Shown piece by piece: positions 40,470 to 53,594 of a DNA stretch of 64,000 bases. The translations under genes were made by a program, and so were the position numbers. The stretch is from positions 51,026,001 to 51,090,000 of the forward strand of contig OZ024751.1 in the NCBI GenBank assembly GCA_964016885.1, written 5' to 3'. This DNA comes from Eledone cirrhosa. Its lineage: Eukaryota. Within the stretch, counting starts at the first letter, position 1, and each line of letters begins with the position of its first letter. The notes under the pieces are model-generated. The model made no database searches and was not told the DNA's origin. It saw only the letters and a list, made by a program, of their open reading frames with translations.

Positions 40470-40871
40470 TAGGGCCTCTAGCCCCATTTTTACACACCCC
40501 ACACACACGCACGCGCACACCTCCACTTATTCTCTCTCACACATACACACACAAAACCAGTTCTAACACCAGATAACACCTACCCCCCACTTTTACGATT
40601 AGACCTATCTTCCCACACTCACACACACACACCCACATACCTACACCTTCATGCATTCTCCCACACACATATACAGGCACGCATATAAAATTTAAAAAAA
40701 CAAAACAAAAACAAAAACAAAACATAAACAAACCCCTCTTAAAGGGAGACTACTCTTTATCCACCTAATTTTAATTCTTTGATATTAAAGTTAGAACAGA
40801 TACTCTATACTATTTCCGGTCAGCATGGCTTCATTGCAGATTTAAAGACGCTGGTTTGAGACCTTTACTTC

Positions 40872-40906
40872 CCTCCGAAGAAGAGATATTATCTCGAAAA
40901 TTAAGG
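40872..40906 (+). ncRNA. Minimal variant hammerhead motif in the Penelope pLTR
   Basis: CCT-CCGAAGA-A-GAGAT att ATCTC-GAAA-AT-TA^AGG; very short stems I and III. Confidence 0.5.
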
Positions 40907-41065
40907 ACATTTAAATAAATTCAAGGTGAAAGACGAATTCACATCAATATCTTTCACTATTGCATTCTTTTTTCTATGTCCATACCTGCATTGTCTTGGC
41001 CTTATTACACATATTCTAACGTTTATACCTCATTACACAATGCTTCAAGTGAACTATAACCTCCC

Positions 41066-41159
<94 letters not shown>

Positions 41160-41599
41160 ATACTTGGGGAAGGTCATATTTGTGTAATATTGCCAGAATT
41201 AATAACAGAACACACTCACTGTTTGGTTGGTTTTCGCTTTTCGCTTCTGTGTCTTTTATATCGGTTAATTTAATTTATTCGGTCCTCAATGTTGCCATTG
41301 ACTGACCAACGGTAAAAAATACAGATACAATATATCATATATATATCACATATATATTCACATATATATATATATATTCACATATATATATATTTTCACA
41401 CACATAGACAGGCATATATTGAAGTATAAACATTAAAATATCTACATAATGTATAAATATATATAGATATATCATATGTGTGTATGTGAAAGCTAAGAAA
41501 GTGTCAGTGAAGCAGAACAACACAAGACAAAATGACCATTCTAGCCAGTTTAGCCATAAACACATTTTCTTTCACCAACTTATATTAGCGGTGCTGACA

Positions 41600-41613
41600 G
41601 TTGCCATGGTAAC
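41600..41613. promoter_or_regulatory. RFX X-box motif (candidate)
   Basis: GTTGCCATGGTAAC matches GTNRCC-N0-3-RGYAAC; no linked gene seen. Confidence 0.35.
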
Positions 41614-41968
41614 GTCAGAATAAGGTTCACATATAAATGAGTATTTATGGTTGTGTGTGGTTGTATACATCTACACACACAAATATACACATATGTAGGT
41701 AAATATATAGATAGAAAGATAGATAGATAGATATGTTTCTTTATTAGCCACAGGGGCACAAAAGAAGGGGACAAATACAAAGGGGGAAGTTTACATTCAA
41801 TAAAAACGTGTAAAATACTATCACAAATGCAATTTAAAAATTAATCGATTTCCCCAATAGGGGAGACATTACATATGGGTAACACATACCCCCGAAAAAT
41901 GTGCAACCCTCATCTCTAGGAGTACGAAGAGTGAGTACCCCTTTCCTCTCTTCCTCTTTTTCCTCAAC

Positions 41969-42350
41969 CTACAGGCTGATATAGAGAGAAGGCCCATTCA
42001 CTCGGGCCATTCTCGCCACTTTCACCCATCTTTCATAAAACTTGCTGGGGTACAGCACCTCTCTCTCCATCCTGATTCTTCTTCCAAAGTGGTATTTGAA
42101 AAAAAGAATCAGTTGTTGGCCGGAAAGAAAGGTGTCTGACCTCAGCCCTTTTAACCTTGTCCACCATACAACCTCTTTCGCCATAGCTATCACACAAAGG
42201 AAAACCGCCTCTCCTTCGTTTTTGAAGGAGGGTGACGGTTTGATCATGACAATGGACTCGGTGGTCAACCGGATTGTTCCCACCCACGACAATAGTCATT
42301 CTACATAGCCCCACAGGTCGGTAACGCCCGGGCAGTGTACAAATGCAAAC
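41969..42350 (-). pseudogene. L1/Tx1-like ORF2 C-terminal domain remnant
   Basis: AFVHCPGVTDLWGYVE...IAMAKEVVWWTR...F.ERW, resembling the region after zf-RVT. Confidence 0.65.
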
Positions 42351-42459
42351 AGTTGTTTGTTTTTGTGTGTTTGCTTGTTTTGTGTGTTGTTGTTGTTGTT
42401 GTTGTGGTTTTGGAGTTGGTGTTGGTAAAAGTACTTTTTTGGGGCTGGTGCTGTTTGTT

Positions 42460-43000
42460 CGTAAGAGGAGACAGGACCCTTTAAATGCGATGTGCTTGTG
42501 AATTTAAAACAATGTGGCCTCCCCTCTTCTGCTGAAATGTGGATGTAATTGGTATTGTCTACTGGCGCCCTTTCTGGTATCTTGGAAATTCTGTCCGGTT
42601 TCATTTGGACCAAAATTTCCAAGCTTGTGCCTTTCCAGGTGTTTCTTGTGGATTTTTGAATCGACAGTATTGTGTCTTCATCCTCCTCCAAGAACCCTGC
42701 CAGAATCCACCAGATGTTAATGTTGGGTAGTATATTGGTAATGTTTATTTTTTGTGTTCTTTTTCCCATATATGTAGGGAAAAAGGTGTGTGTGGCAGAG
42801 GTGATCGGGGTCACTGTGTATTTTTTCGCAAGGGCTTCAATTTTGAAGAGCACTGAAATGCTTCTATATAGTTTAGCCCTTTGTATGAATTGTATGTCTG
42901 GCATTGCCTCTTTCAAGACGATTTCAATTTCGCCTTGAGTAAGGAAAGCCGTTTTTTTTTGTTTGTTCAAAATCGTGCGAAAAATCCCAGTCCTTCGCAT
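42460..43000 (-). pseudogene. L1/Tx1-like ORF1 N-terminal part with a degenerate zinc knuckle
   Basis: TFFPTYMGKRTQKINITNI...EGRPHCFK....HLK. Confidence 0.6.
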
Positions 43001-43497
43001 AGTGATAGATAGATAAATAGGTAGGTTGATAGACAGGTAGATAAATATATAGAAATATCTATATAGATAGAGAAACAGAGAGACACATAGATTATCTCAC
43101 TTTAACATTATTTCTCAGCTGGGTGTGTTCTGACGCTACCCTCCTCTACACTGTACTTACTGAGAATCCATAGAATTGGCAACAGAAATATGATGGATTA
43201 CAACTGAAGCATTACTTTATTCATCAAAGAATTATTAACATGTTAACTATGTTTATAAATGTTCTCATATATATATATGTATATATATATGTGTGTGTGT
43301 GTGTGTGTCTGTTTTGATATGTACGCTCTGTGTGCGTGTTGAGTGTTGAGTGTGTGTGTGTGTGTGGTTTGTGTAGTGTATGTACCTGGGTGTATATCAT
43401 TTTGAATTACTGCATATTGTGTTTTTATTTTCCCATGCATACAAATTTTCTTTTATGTATGAATATATGTTTGTGTCAATGTGTTTCTGTGTGTGTG

Positions 43498-43528
<31 letters not shown>

Positions 43529-43587
43529 ATGTATATATGTATATATATATGTGTATATATATGTATATATCTATATATATATGTATG

Positions 43588-43622
<35 letters not shown>

Positions 43623-43685
43623 GTATATATGTATATGTATATATATGTATATATATATGTACATATATATGTATTTATATATGTA

Positions 43686-43718
<33 letters not shown>

Positions 43719-44014
43719 GTAAATATATATGTGTATATATATATGTGTGTATATATATATATGTATATATATATATATAGGTTATATATATATATGTGTG
43801 TGTGTAGTTATGGATATATGTATGTATGTATGTATTGCTTTTGAGAGTGTGTGTATGTTTATGTGTGCATATATCTGTGTGTATATATATGTTTGCAAGA
43901 GATAGTGTTATTTTGTGAGGTGCTATGTTACACACTAAGCTCTTCAGGGGATATACGTGTGTATATATATATATATCATCATTTAACGTCTATCTTCCAT
44001 GCTAGCATGAGTTA

Positions 44015-44046
<32 letters not shown>

Positions 44047-44110
44047 CATATATACATATACATATATATATATGTGTGTGTGTGTGTGTGTATATATAAA
44101 TGTGTGTGTG

Positions 44111-44170
<60 letters not shown>

Positions 44171-44578
44171 TATACATATATATACATATATACATATATA
44201 CATATACATATATATATATATGTGTGTGTGTGTATGTGTGTGTGTGTAAGTGTGTGACTGCGTGTGAAGTATTATTATGTGTGTCAGTGCAGATAATTGT
44301 GCTAACTTAATATATTTTCATCATTGTTATCATTATGATTGGAATCATCATCATCATCATCATCACCATACCCCCCCCCCAACACCATCACTACCATCAT
44401 CACTACCACCATCAATACCATCATCATCATCATCAATCGTCAATTTAGCCCACATATCAATTAGTAATAATATTAACATACCCAGATACACACAGTGACT
44501 TATACATATATGCACATATAAAGATACATACACCTTTATAAACCATAGAAAATGCAAATCAATGCAGATGTATAACAC

Positions 44579-44629
<51 letters not shown>

Positions 44630-44697
44630 AATATATACATATATATATATATATAGATATGTGTGTGTGCCTCTATATATATATATACATATATATA

Positions 44698-45063
44698 TGG
44701 AGGCACATGGCTTAGTGGTTAGAGCATTGGCCTTGCAATCGAAAGGTTGTGAGTTCAATTCTCAGACCGGGTGATGTGTTGTTTCCTTGAGTAAGACATT
44801 TTATTTCACATTGCTCCAGTTTACTCAGCTGTAGAAATGAGATGATAGGACTGGGGTCCCTATCATTCCACTGCAAAATGGTAGAGAAGGTGCCACGGCA
44901 AAAAAACCCCCAAAAACCCACACTGTAAAGTGGACGAGTAGGTGCCATGGAAAAAAAGCACCCAGCACTCACTGTAAAATGAGGTTGGTGTTAGGAAGGG
45001 CATCAGTTCCCGTCCCACCCTTGCAAGCAGGGATACGCGGACTTGAAATGATGATGATGATGA
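44698..45063 (+). mobile_element. SINE family B, full length
   Basis: GGAGGCACATGGCTTAGTGGTTAGAGC head through to the (TGA)n tail. Confidence 0.9.
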
Positions 45064-45109
45064 TATATATATATATATATATATATAGATAGATATACAT
45101 ATATATATG

Positions 45110-45245
45110 AAAAGATTTAGGGCCCCGACAGCTGAGCTCCGATCTATCTGTTGAAACGGCCGGAGCCATTTTTCCTATTACCCCAAGTATCGAGTACTCT
45201 GGTGGGTTATGGTCCACCTGATTTTTTACCACGCCCTTATCTGAT
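45110..45245 (+). mobile_element. Decayed relative of the 22525-22710 fold-back family
   Basis: CCCCGACAGCTGAGCTC...GAAACGGC...CCCCAAGTATCGAGTACT...TTATGGTCCACCTG. Confidence 0.65.
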
Positions 45246-45399
45246 ATATATATATTTCCGACCTTACACACTTTCACCTCTCTAAGACAATGTCACTGGA
45301 CTGAGATCTTTGGCACCACGCAGTAGTACAGAAGATCCACCTTACCTATGTACAAAGCGAAACCTACAGTCAGTAGGCACCTCATAACCAAATATATAC

Positions 45400-45608
45400 C
45401 CCAACCCACTACCCCTGCTCCATCCTCCCACTCCCACCACCCTCTCTCTGTAAAGTTGGTACCACAACATCCAGTCCAAATAAATGTGATAATGAGATCG
45501 AGATCGTGTAGGTGTCACAACAAAAAAACACACTGTCCACGCTGTAATGTGGCCGTGTAGGTAACACGGTAAAAAGCATGGAAGATGGACGTTAAACGTT
45601 GATGATGA

Positions 45609-45612
<4 letters not shown>
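45400..45612 (+). mobile_element. RTE 3'UTR fragment of the 54.6-58 kb family
   Basis: GAGATCGTGTAGGTGTCAC...CGCTGTAATGTGGCCGTGTAGG matches the reverse complement of 54780-54850. Confidence 0.75.
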
Positions 45613-45645
<33 letters not shown>

Positions 45646-46336
45646 AATATATATATACACACACATGTATGTGCGCATGCCCATATACATGTATAAATAG
45701 ACATACACCTGCATATATATATGGAGGCTGAGGGGGCACATAGTGAAAGTATCTCTCTACCCATTAAGCCACATGCCTTTATTGTATATCAATATATATA
45801 TATAGTGAGAAGAGGAACCACATGACTGATGCCCTAAGGATACCATCAATCCACTGCCTTGAGTTGGTACTTTATTCTATTAATCCCCCAAAGTATAAAA
45901 GAGTAAAGTTGACCTTGGTGGGATTTGAACTCAGAATGCAGGAAGCCAGAACAAAAATGCTGCTAGCCATTTAATCAGATATTCTGTTGATTCTGTCAAG
46001 CTGAGGTATGAGGGATGTATAAAACAAATTTATATCTTTCAAAACTTCTATGCTTCCCAAAATTCCTTCAAAATTTCTGTTTCCTGAAACTCCTTCGAAA
46101 CTTCCAAGCTTCCCGAAATTCCTTCAAAACTTCCATGCTTTCCAAAATTCGCTAACACTACACCTGATATTTCCCCTCCATACACATGCACGCATGTATC
46201 TGTGTGTTTATCATGACTCATACACTGTTCACTTTCCTGACATTTTTTGTACATCATTCTATGTACTATACATGCACTTTTGATGAGTTGTAGTGCACCT
46301 GAGCACTGTACACAATAATTTCATTATTATTATTAT

Positions 46337-46512
46337 TGGCAGTATCGGTAGAGGGTCGGACTCCATGCTTTGCAACAAAGAGTTACAGCCCTTTATGATC
46401 TGAGTTCAAATCCCGCCGAGGTTAACTTTGCCTTTCATCCTTACGGGGTCAATAAAATAAAGTACCAGTAATACACTGGGTTAATTGCTGGCCTTGTGCC
46501 AAAAGTAGAAAT
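46337..46512 (+). mobile_element. SINE family A copy
   Basis: Family head, core and tail. Confidence 0.85.
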
Positions 46513-47269
46513 TATTATTATATAGGAATATATACAGCACTAAGGAACACATAGAAATTAGGCAACACACATATATAAAAAGTATAAGAAAAGGTGGTGC
46601 CCCAGCATGGCCTCAGCCTGTCAGCTGGAACACATAATTCAGTAATAGAGAATGAAATATTTAGTAATGATTTAAAGTTTGGCTGAGAGTTGGTAACAGT
46701 TTGTATTAAATGGATAAATTTTGACAGTTATTATTATAGTCATTTTAAAAATTGTGAAATTTTATAATGATTAAAAGAACATTTTTAATGTATAAATGTA
46801 TAATTATGAAGAGAAATAAATGAATCATTGTATTTTAAAAATATATACACACAAAAAAACTATATAAATTGTAATTATGAAAATAAATAAAAGATGAAAA
46901 TAAATAAAAGATAAAAAAAATCAATAAATATATAAAAAATAAAAAAAAGTAATAGCAATATATAATGAAATATTGGAGTTATATAGTTAATGTAATAATT
47001 ATTGTGATATGTACTGGTCACAAATAATGAATATAGCATGTAAAATTATGAAAATATATGGTTTGGGAGATATAGAAACATAACATAGGTGTATTCCCAG
47101 ATATATCATGTCATAAACAAGCATTCACTTTATTCTTCACTCATTCACTATACAGGTATGGAAATACACTCTTGACAGGTGCAATGGAAGAACCGAACTC
47201 CCACCATCTCGCCCCCATCTCTCTGTATAATGAGCAAATGGGGTACCAAGTGCTGGCCACCCCACAGCC

Positions 47270-47345
47270 CCGGTGGCCAGAATGGAGAAGGCGTTTCCCC
47301 GGAGGATGGTAAGGGAGATGTACTGGAAGAGACATTCCATCTGCT
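47270..47345 (-). pseudogene. Possible extreme C-terminus of a REL-type non-LTR ORF
   Basis: LFQYISLTILRGNAFSILAT resembles the FQRxSxxxQRGNAxxxxGT motif. Confidence 0.4.
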
Positions 47346-47397
47346 TGTACAACATAAGTGTAGAAGACTGTTTGGGTTAGGACATTTAGATTATTAG

Positions 47398-47438
<41 letters not shown>

Positions 47439-47516
47439 CCACCACCATTCTACAACTGTTTTTCTATGCTTATTTAGTGAGTTGGTCACAGGGTTATTTA
47501 CTTCAGTAAACACCAC

Positions 47517-47730
47517 TGTATTCCAACCCCTAATTTAATTAGATAACAGATATAGAAAAACTTTTGTGTATTTTCGCTCGTGTGTGAACAGTTCAAGAGC
47601 CTGTCGCCAAAAAGAGAGAGATTGCTCTTTGCTCCCTCCTTTATAATTCCTAGAACGGAAGTTCAAGGAATACTCTAGAATTCTACGGGAAGTAACTCCA
47701 GCTACTTCCCTTTGTCTAGAGAGCGCTACA
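47517..47730 (-). mobile_element. Possible solo LTR
   Basis: TGTA...TACA termini and a TATAAA on the minus strand; no clear TSD. Confidence 0.3.
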
Positions 47731-48352
47731 CTTACATTAGTTGGATGGGTAATGATGCTTACAATTAAATAAATATGAAAGAGTGAATTTGGTGGATGGG
47801 AACTCTAAAAGCACCCCGTATGTATGTATCTTTGTATGAATGTCTTCACCTTCAAAACATTGTTAAGTTGGTGGATCTCTACCATACTGAAAAGTATGGG
47901 TTGGCATCATGAAGCTGTAGAAATTTGCTATGGATAAAGCAACAAAGCAGATTAGACAGAAAACATTCCCATAGAAAAGAAAGATGGATAATATAATTAT
48001 AATAATGCCAAAAAATGTTAAATACTGTTGTTAATATTAGCAGAAGAAACTTACCGGAAGTTTCTGGTCAAATGTCCAAAATTTTCTGATAAAAATCTGT
48101 TTTACTTTATGGATATGTAAAGTTTCCTTATATCTTCCCTTTATAGAATCATTCCTGCAAATAGTAATGGATAATAGTCAAGCTTTAAATATATGTATGT
48201 GTGTATATATATATATATAGAACTGTTTCTGCCAGTCGTAGAAAACCTGCCAGAAACAGTTCTATACGAGCGAGACAGTCACCCAACCAATCTTGCCTCA
48301 AGTGGGACAAACCCGTCCAACCCATGCTAGTATAGAAGATGGACGTTAAACA

Positions 48353-48384
<32 letters not shown>

Positions 48385-48432
48385 ATATACATGGAGCAGA
48401 TGTGGACTCTGTAAGCTGTAATGAAGGCAACC

Positions 48433-48550
48433 TGTCTAACAACAAAAGGCTTCTCCCTATGTACAAAATGACGACTTTTTGACACCTGTATGTGTAGCGA
48501 AACATTGGAAGTGACTGCAGAGGATGTGCATAGGATGGAGAGAAAGGAAG
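48433..48550 (+). pseudogene. Old RTE ORF fragment
   Basis: LTTKGFSL..K.RLFDTC...SETLEVTAEDVHRMERKE aligns to LAAKGFSLKMKGRLYDAC...SETWALCAEDIRRQERNE. Confidence 0.7.
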
Positions 48551-48609
48551 CGACCCTGCAATGTAAATGTAAATCAATAGAGCATCGAACAACATACTTT
48601 GTGGTAGAT

Positions 48610-48772
48610 AGTTACGTCCCTTTACAGTCTGAGTTCAAGTCCTGCTGAGGTTAGCTTCACCTTTCATCCTTATGGGGTCGATAAAATAAATTACGAGTAA
48701 TGCACTGGGATCGATTTAATCGACTTTCCCCTCCCCCAAATTGTTGGCCTTGTGCCTAAATCAGAAACCATT
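48610..48772 (+). mobile_element. SINE family A copy
   Basis: Family core and tail. Confidence 0.8.
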
Positions 48773-49669
48773 TTGTCAAATTGGATATCTTAATCATATC
48801 TTACTTTTTTACAGGGACAAAAACTTTAAAAACAAAATAAAATATACTTACGAATGTTTGCTTGAAATATATATTTCAGAATATAAACTACAGTTCTTTT
48901 GTAAATATCCACCATAGTATTCAGTGTCTGTGTAAAAATTACAGTTCAAGTGTTTAGGGAGTTTTATTTTTGTCAGGTTTACACAAATATTTTGGGCTGC
49001 AATGCTTCCAAATAACAGCTGCGGAATAGAATAAACAAAGGTATTAGCTCAGGTTTGATTTAAGTCTGCCTTAGATAAAAGATTTATTTGTATATACTTG
49101 GATATTTAAGGCAAGTGAAATGGAGTATGAGAGAAACCTCGTAAGATTCTGCAATGGCAATAATTAATGCATGAGGAAATGTAGTTAAAATTAATGTAGT
49201 TAACCTGAGAAAAAGAAAAAGTTTCATATTTTGAGTTATGAGTTCTTTATCAAGAATTTGAATATTTAAAGTAGGTAATATCTAGAATCAGAGAAAACCA
49301 ATGAGAGTCTGTGATGGCAACAAATGATCCAAGAGAATTGAAATATTTAAAGCAGGTGATGAGAATGCATGGAGATCATGAATATAGGAATGTATAAGCA
49401 TAGTAGATAAGCTTGTTTGGGGTTAATACATTAGGATTTGTAATATGTGATGTGAAATATGGGTGCTAGCAATAGCTATGATGACAAATGGTACTTTGGG
49501 TATTATGACAAATGATAGCATAAGATACTGGAGGCTGGTATTAAAATCAGGTATTATTTAGAATTAGAGGAAATCAGTAAGAGCTTGTAATGACAATAAA
49601 TAATCTAGTGGAAAATGTTTGTGTTGGAATAAATGTAGCTACCTTAGAGGCTCTTTATTGATGAAGATA

Positions 49670-49806
<137 letters not shown>

Positions 49807-50018
49807 GATCTGTGCTGTAGTTGAAAACATTCTAGAAGTGGTGGCTGTGGTATTAATAAAGGCCTCTATTACTACAACAACTATAAGATACATTGTAGCA
49901 GGTGGCTTAACTGTATACAGGTACCGCAGATAGCTACTGTAATCAGTAATAACCCTGTATAAATATTTCATAGGCTTACAGTAATTTTGTTCAGACTTAG
50001 GGTTGTATCAACCATTAA

Positions 50019-50236
50019 CCCTTTAGCATTTAAACTGGCTGTATCCAGCCAGAATTCTCTCACCTCTTTCTGTTCAAACTGTAACTGACTGCTCATACTG
50101 ATGTTAAGGTATTGTTCTCAAAATGAATAATATCAAAATCTCATAGATTCGATATTATGCGAGATAATTATGTAAGGTAAAGCCTTTACCACAAAAATAC
50201 AATAGTATATTATAGAGTAATGTAAATGCTAAAGGG
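50019..50236. mobile_element. piggyBac-like MITE
   Basis: TTAA|CCCTTTAGCATTTA...TAAATGCTAAAGGG|TTTA, a 14-bp TIR; second copy at 21314. Confidence 0.8.
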
Positions 50237-51796
50237 TTTAGCAAAATAGGCAGATGCTTAGGGCATCAATGGGAGAGGGGCTCTATTTTGTTAAAATTAA
50301 ATGTATTTATCATTCTAAAACTAATATTTTTTTCCAGGAATTATATATGAGAGGTAGGCAGCACATTGGTAAAGTTGTTAGAATGTCAGAGGGAATGATT
50401 TGTGGTATTCAGCTCCAAATTTCTGCTCTTTGAGTTCAAATCCTGTCGTGGTCACCTTTACCTTTTATCCATTCAAGGTCAATAAAAAAAGTACTAGTCT
50501 ATTACTGGGGTCAATTCTTCCTCTATATCTCTTTTTCACTTCTATTCTCTTATTTTCTCTTTCCTTCTCTGGAAGAAATCTCCTATGCTCAGACCTTGAG
50601 AGGAGATGGGCTCCACCGGGTTTAAAAAAGACCTAGAAATGGTGTATTTCAATGCAGCCCCTCTACTATTTCCTCTGGAGTTACGGGACCATGAATGTAT
50701 GCATATATGAGAGATACCACAATCTTTCAAGGGGACTAAAAATGACTTAATTCAGTCCTGTTCATTCCATATCTAACAATATTGTTTTCTAACAGAGGTA
50801 CAGGGCCACACATTTAAAATGGGATTATAGTCAGTTATGTTGATGCCTGTATTTGAGGGGGACTTTATTTTATCAACTCAAGAAGAATGGAAATATTGCT
50901 GACACTGGCAGGATTTGAACTCAGATCAGTATGTATGTGGTTTCTGGCAGAGGAGAGTATGTTAAAGGATCAATTAAACTCAACCATATACTGATGGAAT
51001 TAGGTGTGTAAAAAGAAAGACAGAGTGGTTAATGTGTATGTAAGAGAGTATATGTGTCTGTGTGTGAGAAATTGGCAAAGTGGTTAGAACGTTGGATAGA
51101 ATACTTTACAGCATTTGTTATGGCTCTCTGCAGTCTCTGAGTTCAAATCCCGCCAAGGGATTATATATATATATATATATATAATATATATATACATATA
51201 TATACACACATACACACATACTCACACAAATATTTAGAGTTATGCAAATTTGGTATAGACACACCCTCTTTCTCTACTACACATCACTCTCTCTCACACA
51301 CACACATACACACACAATACCTATTAGTCAACCAATAGATTATAAAACATCAGTAGCAGCCATATCAAACAATTCCAGTAACCTAGTCACCTTTCAGAAT
51401 CCACACCTTCTACCATTCTTTGCCTATTCCACTATTCCACTATTCCACCTCCAATATACACTCTTGCATACACCAGCTTTTTTCTCTCTTCCTCCATCCC
51501 TTCTCTCTTCCTGCCTCTCTCTCTCCCTCCACTTTCTCCTCCTATCTGTCTCACTCTCTCCCTTCCTTCCTTCCTTCCTTCCTCCCTCCATCTTTCCTAT
51601 ATCTTCCTCCTTCTCTGCTAACTCTCCTCCCCCCTCTCTCTTTCTCTCTGTGTTTCGTTATCACACTTTGTTTCACACATTTCCACACCTGATATAATAT
51701 ATTTTGTAGTGAAAAATCATTGAACAACATACACAACTGTTATAGCTAGATTCTACACTGACACCCTGTAAAAAATATATCCCATTAATATATATT

Positions 51797-51926
51797 TACG
51801 TCCCTTTACGATCTGAGATCAAATCCCGCCGAGGTTGACTTTGCCTTTCATCCTTACGGGGTCGATAAAATAAAGTACCAGTAATGCACTGGTTAATTGC
51901 AGGCCTTGTGCCTAAAGTAGAAACAA
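51797..51926 (+). mobile_element. SINE family A copy (5'-truncated)
   Basis: Family core and tail. Confidence 0.85.
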
Positions 51927-51974
51927 ATATATATATATATATATGTGTGTGTATATATGTATGTGTTTATGTAT

Positions 51975-52160
51975 GGGCCCAGCACTAGGTGTCAATAATT
52001 GTCATAAGTTTAGTGTTTGTACCAGAGTTTTCAAGTCGCTGGCTGGACTAAAAAGCCACACTCGTTCAGCGCATCGGTAGGGGTTCTCCTACATGGATAT
52101 AAAGTAGTGGCCGTACTCGAAAACGCGTTGGCAGCCACCATGTATGTGTGTATGTATGTA
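51975..52160 (+). mobile_element. LINE 3' stub encoding a terminal C2H2 zinc finger, with a (TATG)n tail
   Basis: 51991-52080 reads VNNCHKFSVCTRVFKSLAGLKSHTRSAHR*. Confidence 0.6.
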
Positions 52161-52975
52161 TGTTTATATATATATACACACACACACACACCTTCTAATG
52201 TCATGTCACTCTCTATTGCTACTGGTAAGATGTAACCTAGTACAACCTGTCACATAGTCAGGTTGCTGGCAACTAAACTGGCAATCTTTCTTGGAGGGTC
52301 CTTCTTGGACACCCTGCACAATGAAAAGCAAAACCCATCAAAAGGTGGCACAATGCAGGAGAGTCAATGGCCATCCAATAATATGGAAAAAAAACAAAAA
52401 AAACAAAGGTGGCAGACAGAGCTTATTAGCCATGATTGGCACTCTGTTTAAGAGAAAGATGACTCTGATTTCCAAACTGGATTAGATAAGACTCTTTAGT
52501 CGCTTTGATGACAACTTTTCAAGTAGCAAACAAATTTATCCTTTTGGACCCACCCATGTCACGTTTTTTCCCCAGTGAAAATCATGGATATACAGGGTCA
52601 TATAGATTAGCATTGAAGCTATTTTTCATGGTCCTTGACCCTCAGCTATAAGGACAAGAAGAGACCTGACCAGACCATATATATCTCCATCATGAACAAT
52701 ATTTCAGCAACATCCAGTTTGCTTGTCATTTTATTGCTTATTGTTCAGCATTGACAACTGTATAGTGTGTGTTTATAAATATACTTTAATATATATATAT
52801 AAGTATATATATATATGTATATTTAAATATATATCATCATCGTCATTTTTCGTCCGCTTTTCCCTGCTTGCATATATATATATGTATGTAAAAGGTAAAC
52901 AGAAATAACAACACAATCAGTACAGTATATGGAAGGAATATATTAGGTTAATGCTTGAAATAGCAGGAAGCGAGT

Positions 52976-53010
52976 CTTAACATTCTGGACGCTAGTCCTT
53001 CATCAGAAGA
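52976..53010 (-). ncRNA. Degenerate minimal hammerhead motif
   Basis: TCTT-CTGATGA-AGGAC tagc GTCC-AGAA-TGTT^AAGA with the GAAA box damaged; a related fragment retaining GAAAC lies at about 59415-59450. Confidence 0.45.
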
Positions 53011-53160
53011 AAGAATGAGAAATAAGATAGATTGAAGGGACGGCCGGGTTGGAATTGGAAAAAATGTCTTTAGATAAAAATAACAGGTCCATTCATGTTG
53101 ACATCTCTTGGGAAACTGTTGATGCATTTTGTGTATGATTTATTTTTTTAGAAAAGTGGA

Positions 53161-53192
<32 letters not shown>

Positions 53193-53197
<5 letters not shown>

Positions 53198-53594
53198 TAA
53201 GCAGAAGGGATATTTAATTTGTTGGTAATTCAACAAATATAAATGTTTATAACTGATTCAGAGCACTCGACAGACTTCTGGAGTAAATATTCAATGATAT
53301 TAAATAAATGGAAACTATATTTATAAAACCATATTTATTCTATTATATATATTTCAAGGGTACCAAAAACTTTAGTACGCTTTCATCAGATAAAATACAA
53401 AGTGTGTTTTATAAATTTTGACATAGCCAAGGAACATACCTAACTGATAAGGTATGTTCCTTGGCTATGTCAAAATTTATAAAACACACTTTGTATTTTA
53501 TCTGATGAAAGCGTACCAAAGTTTTTGGTACCCTTGAAATATATATAATAGAATAAATATGGTTTTATAAATATAGTTTCCATTTATTTTATAT

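Larger units (their letters stand above)
39413..41068 (+). mobile_element. 5'-truncated Penelope-like retroelement with 3' pLTR, ending in (TA)n
   Basis: RT-GIY-YIG ORF, then a ~600-bp 3' region with a hammerhead-like motif; 22-bp fold-back at the truncation point. Confidence 0.9.
41735..43003 (-). mobile_element. Internally deleted L1/Tx1-like element in (GATA)n
   Basis: ORF1-like segment joined to an ORF2 C-terminus; AATAAA near the 3' end; GATA repeats on both sides. Confidence 0.7.

Noticed and set aside
44699-44770. tRNA-like sequence with A and B boxes
   Set aside because: SINE head present in several copies joined to core and tail; acceptor stem not paired
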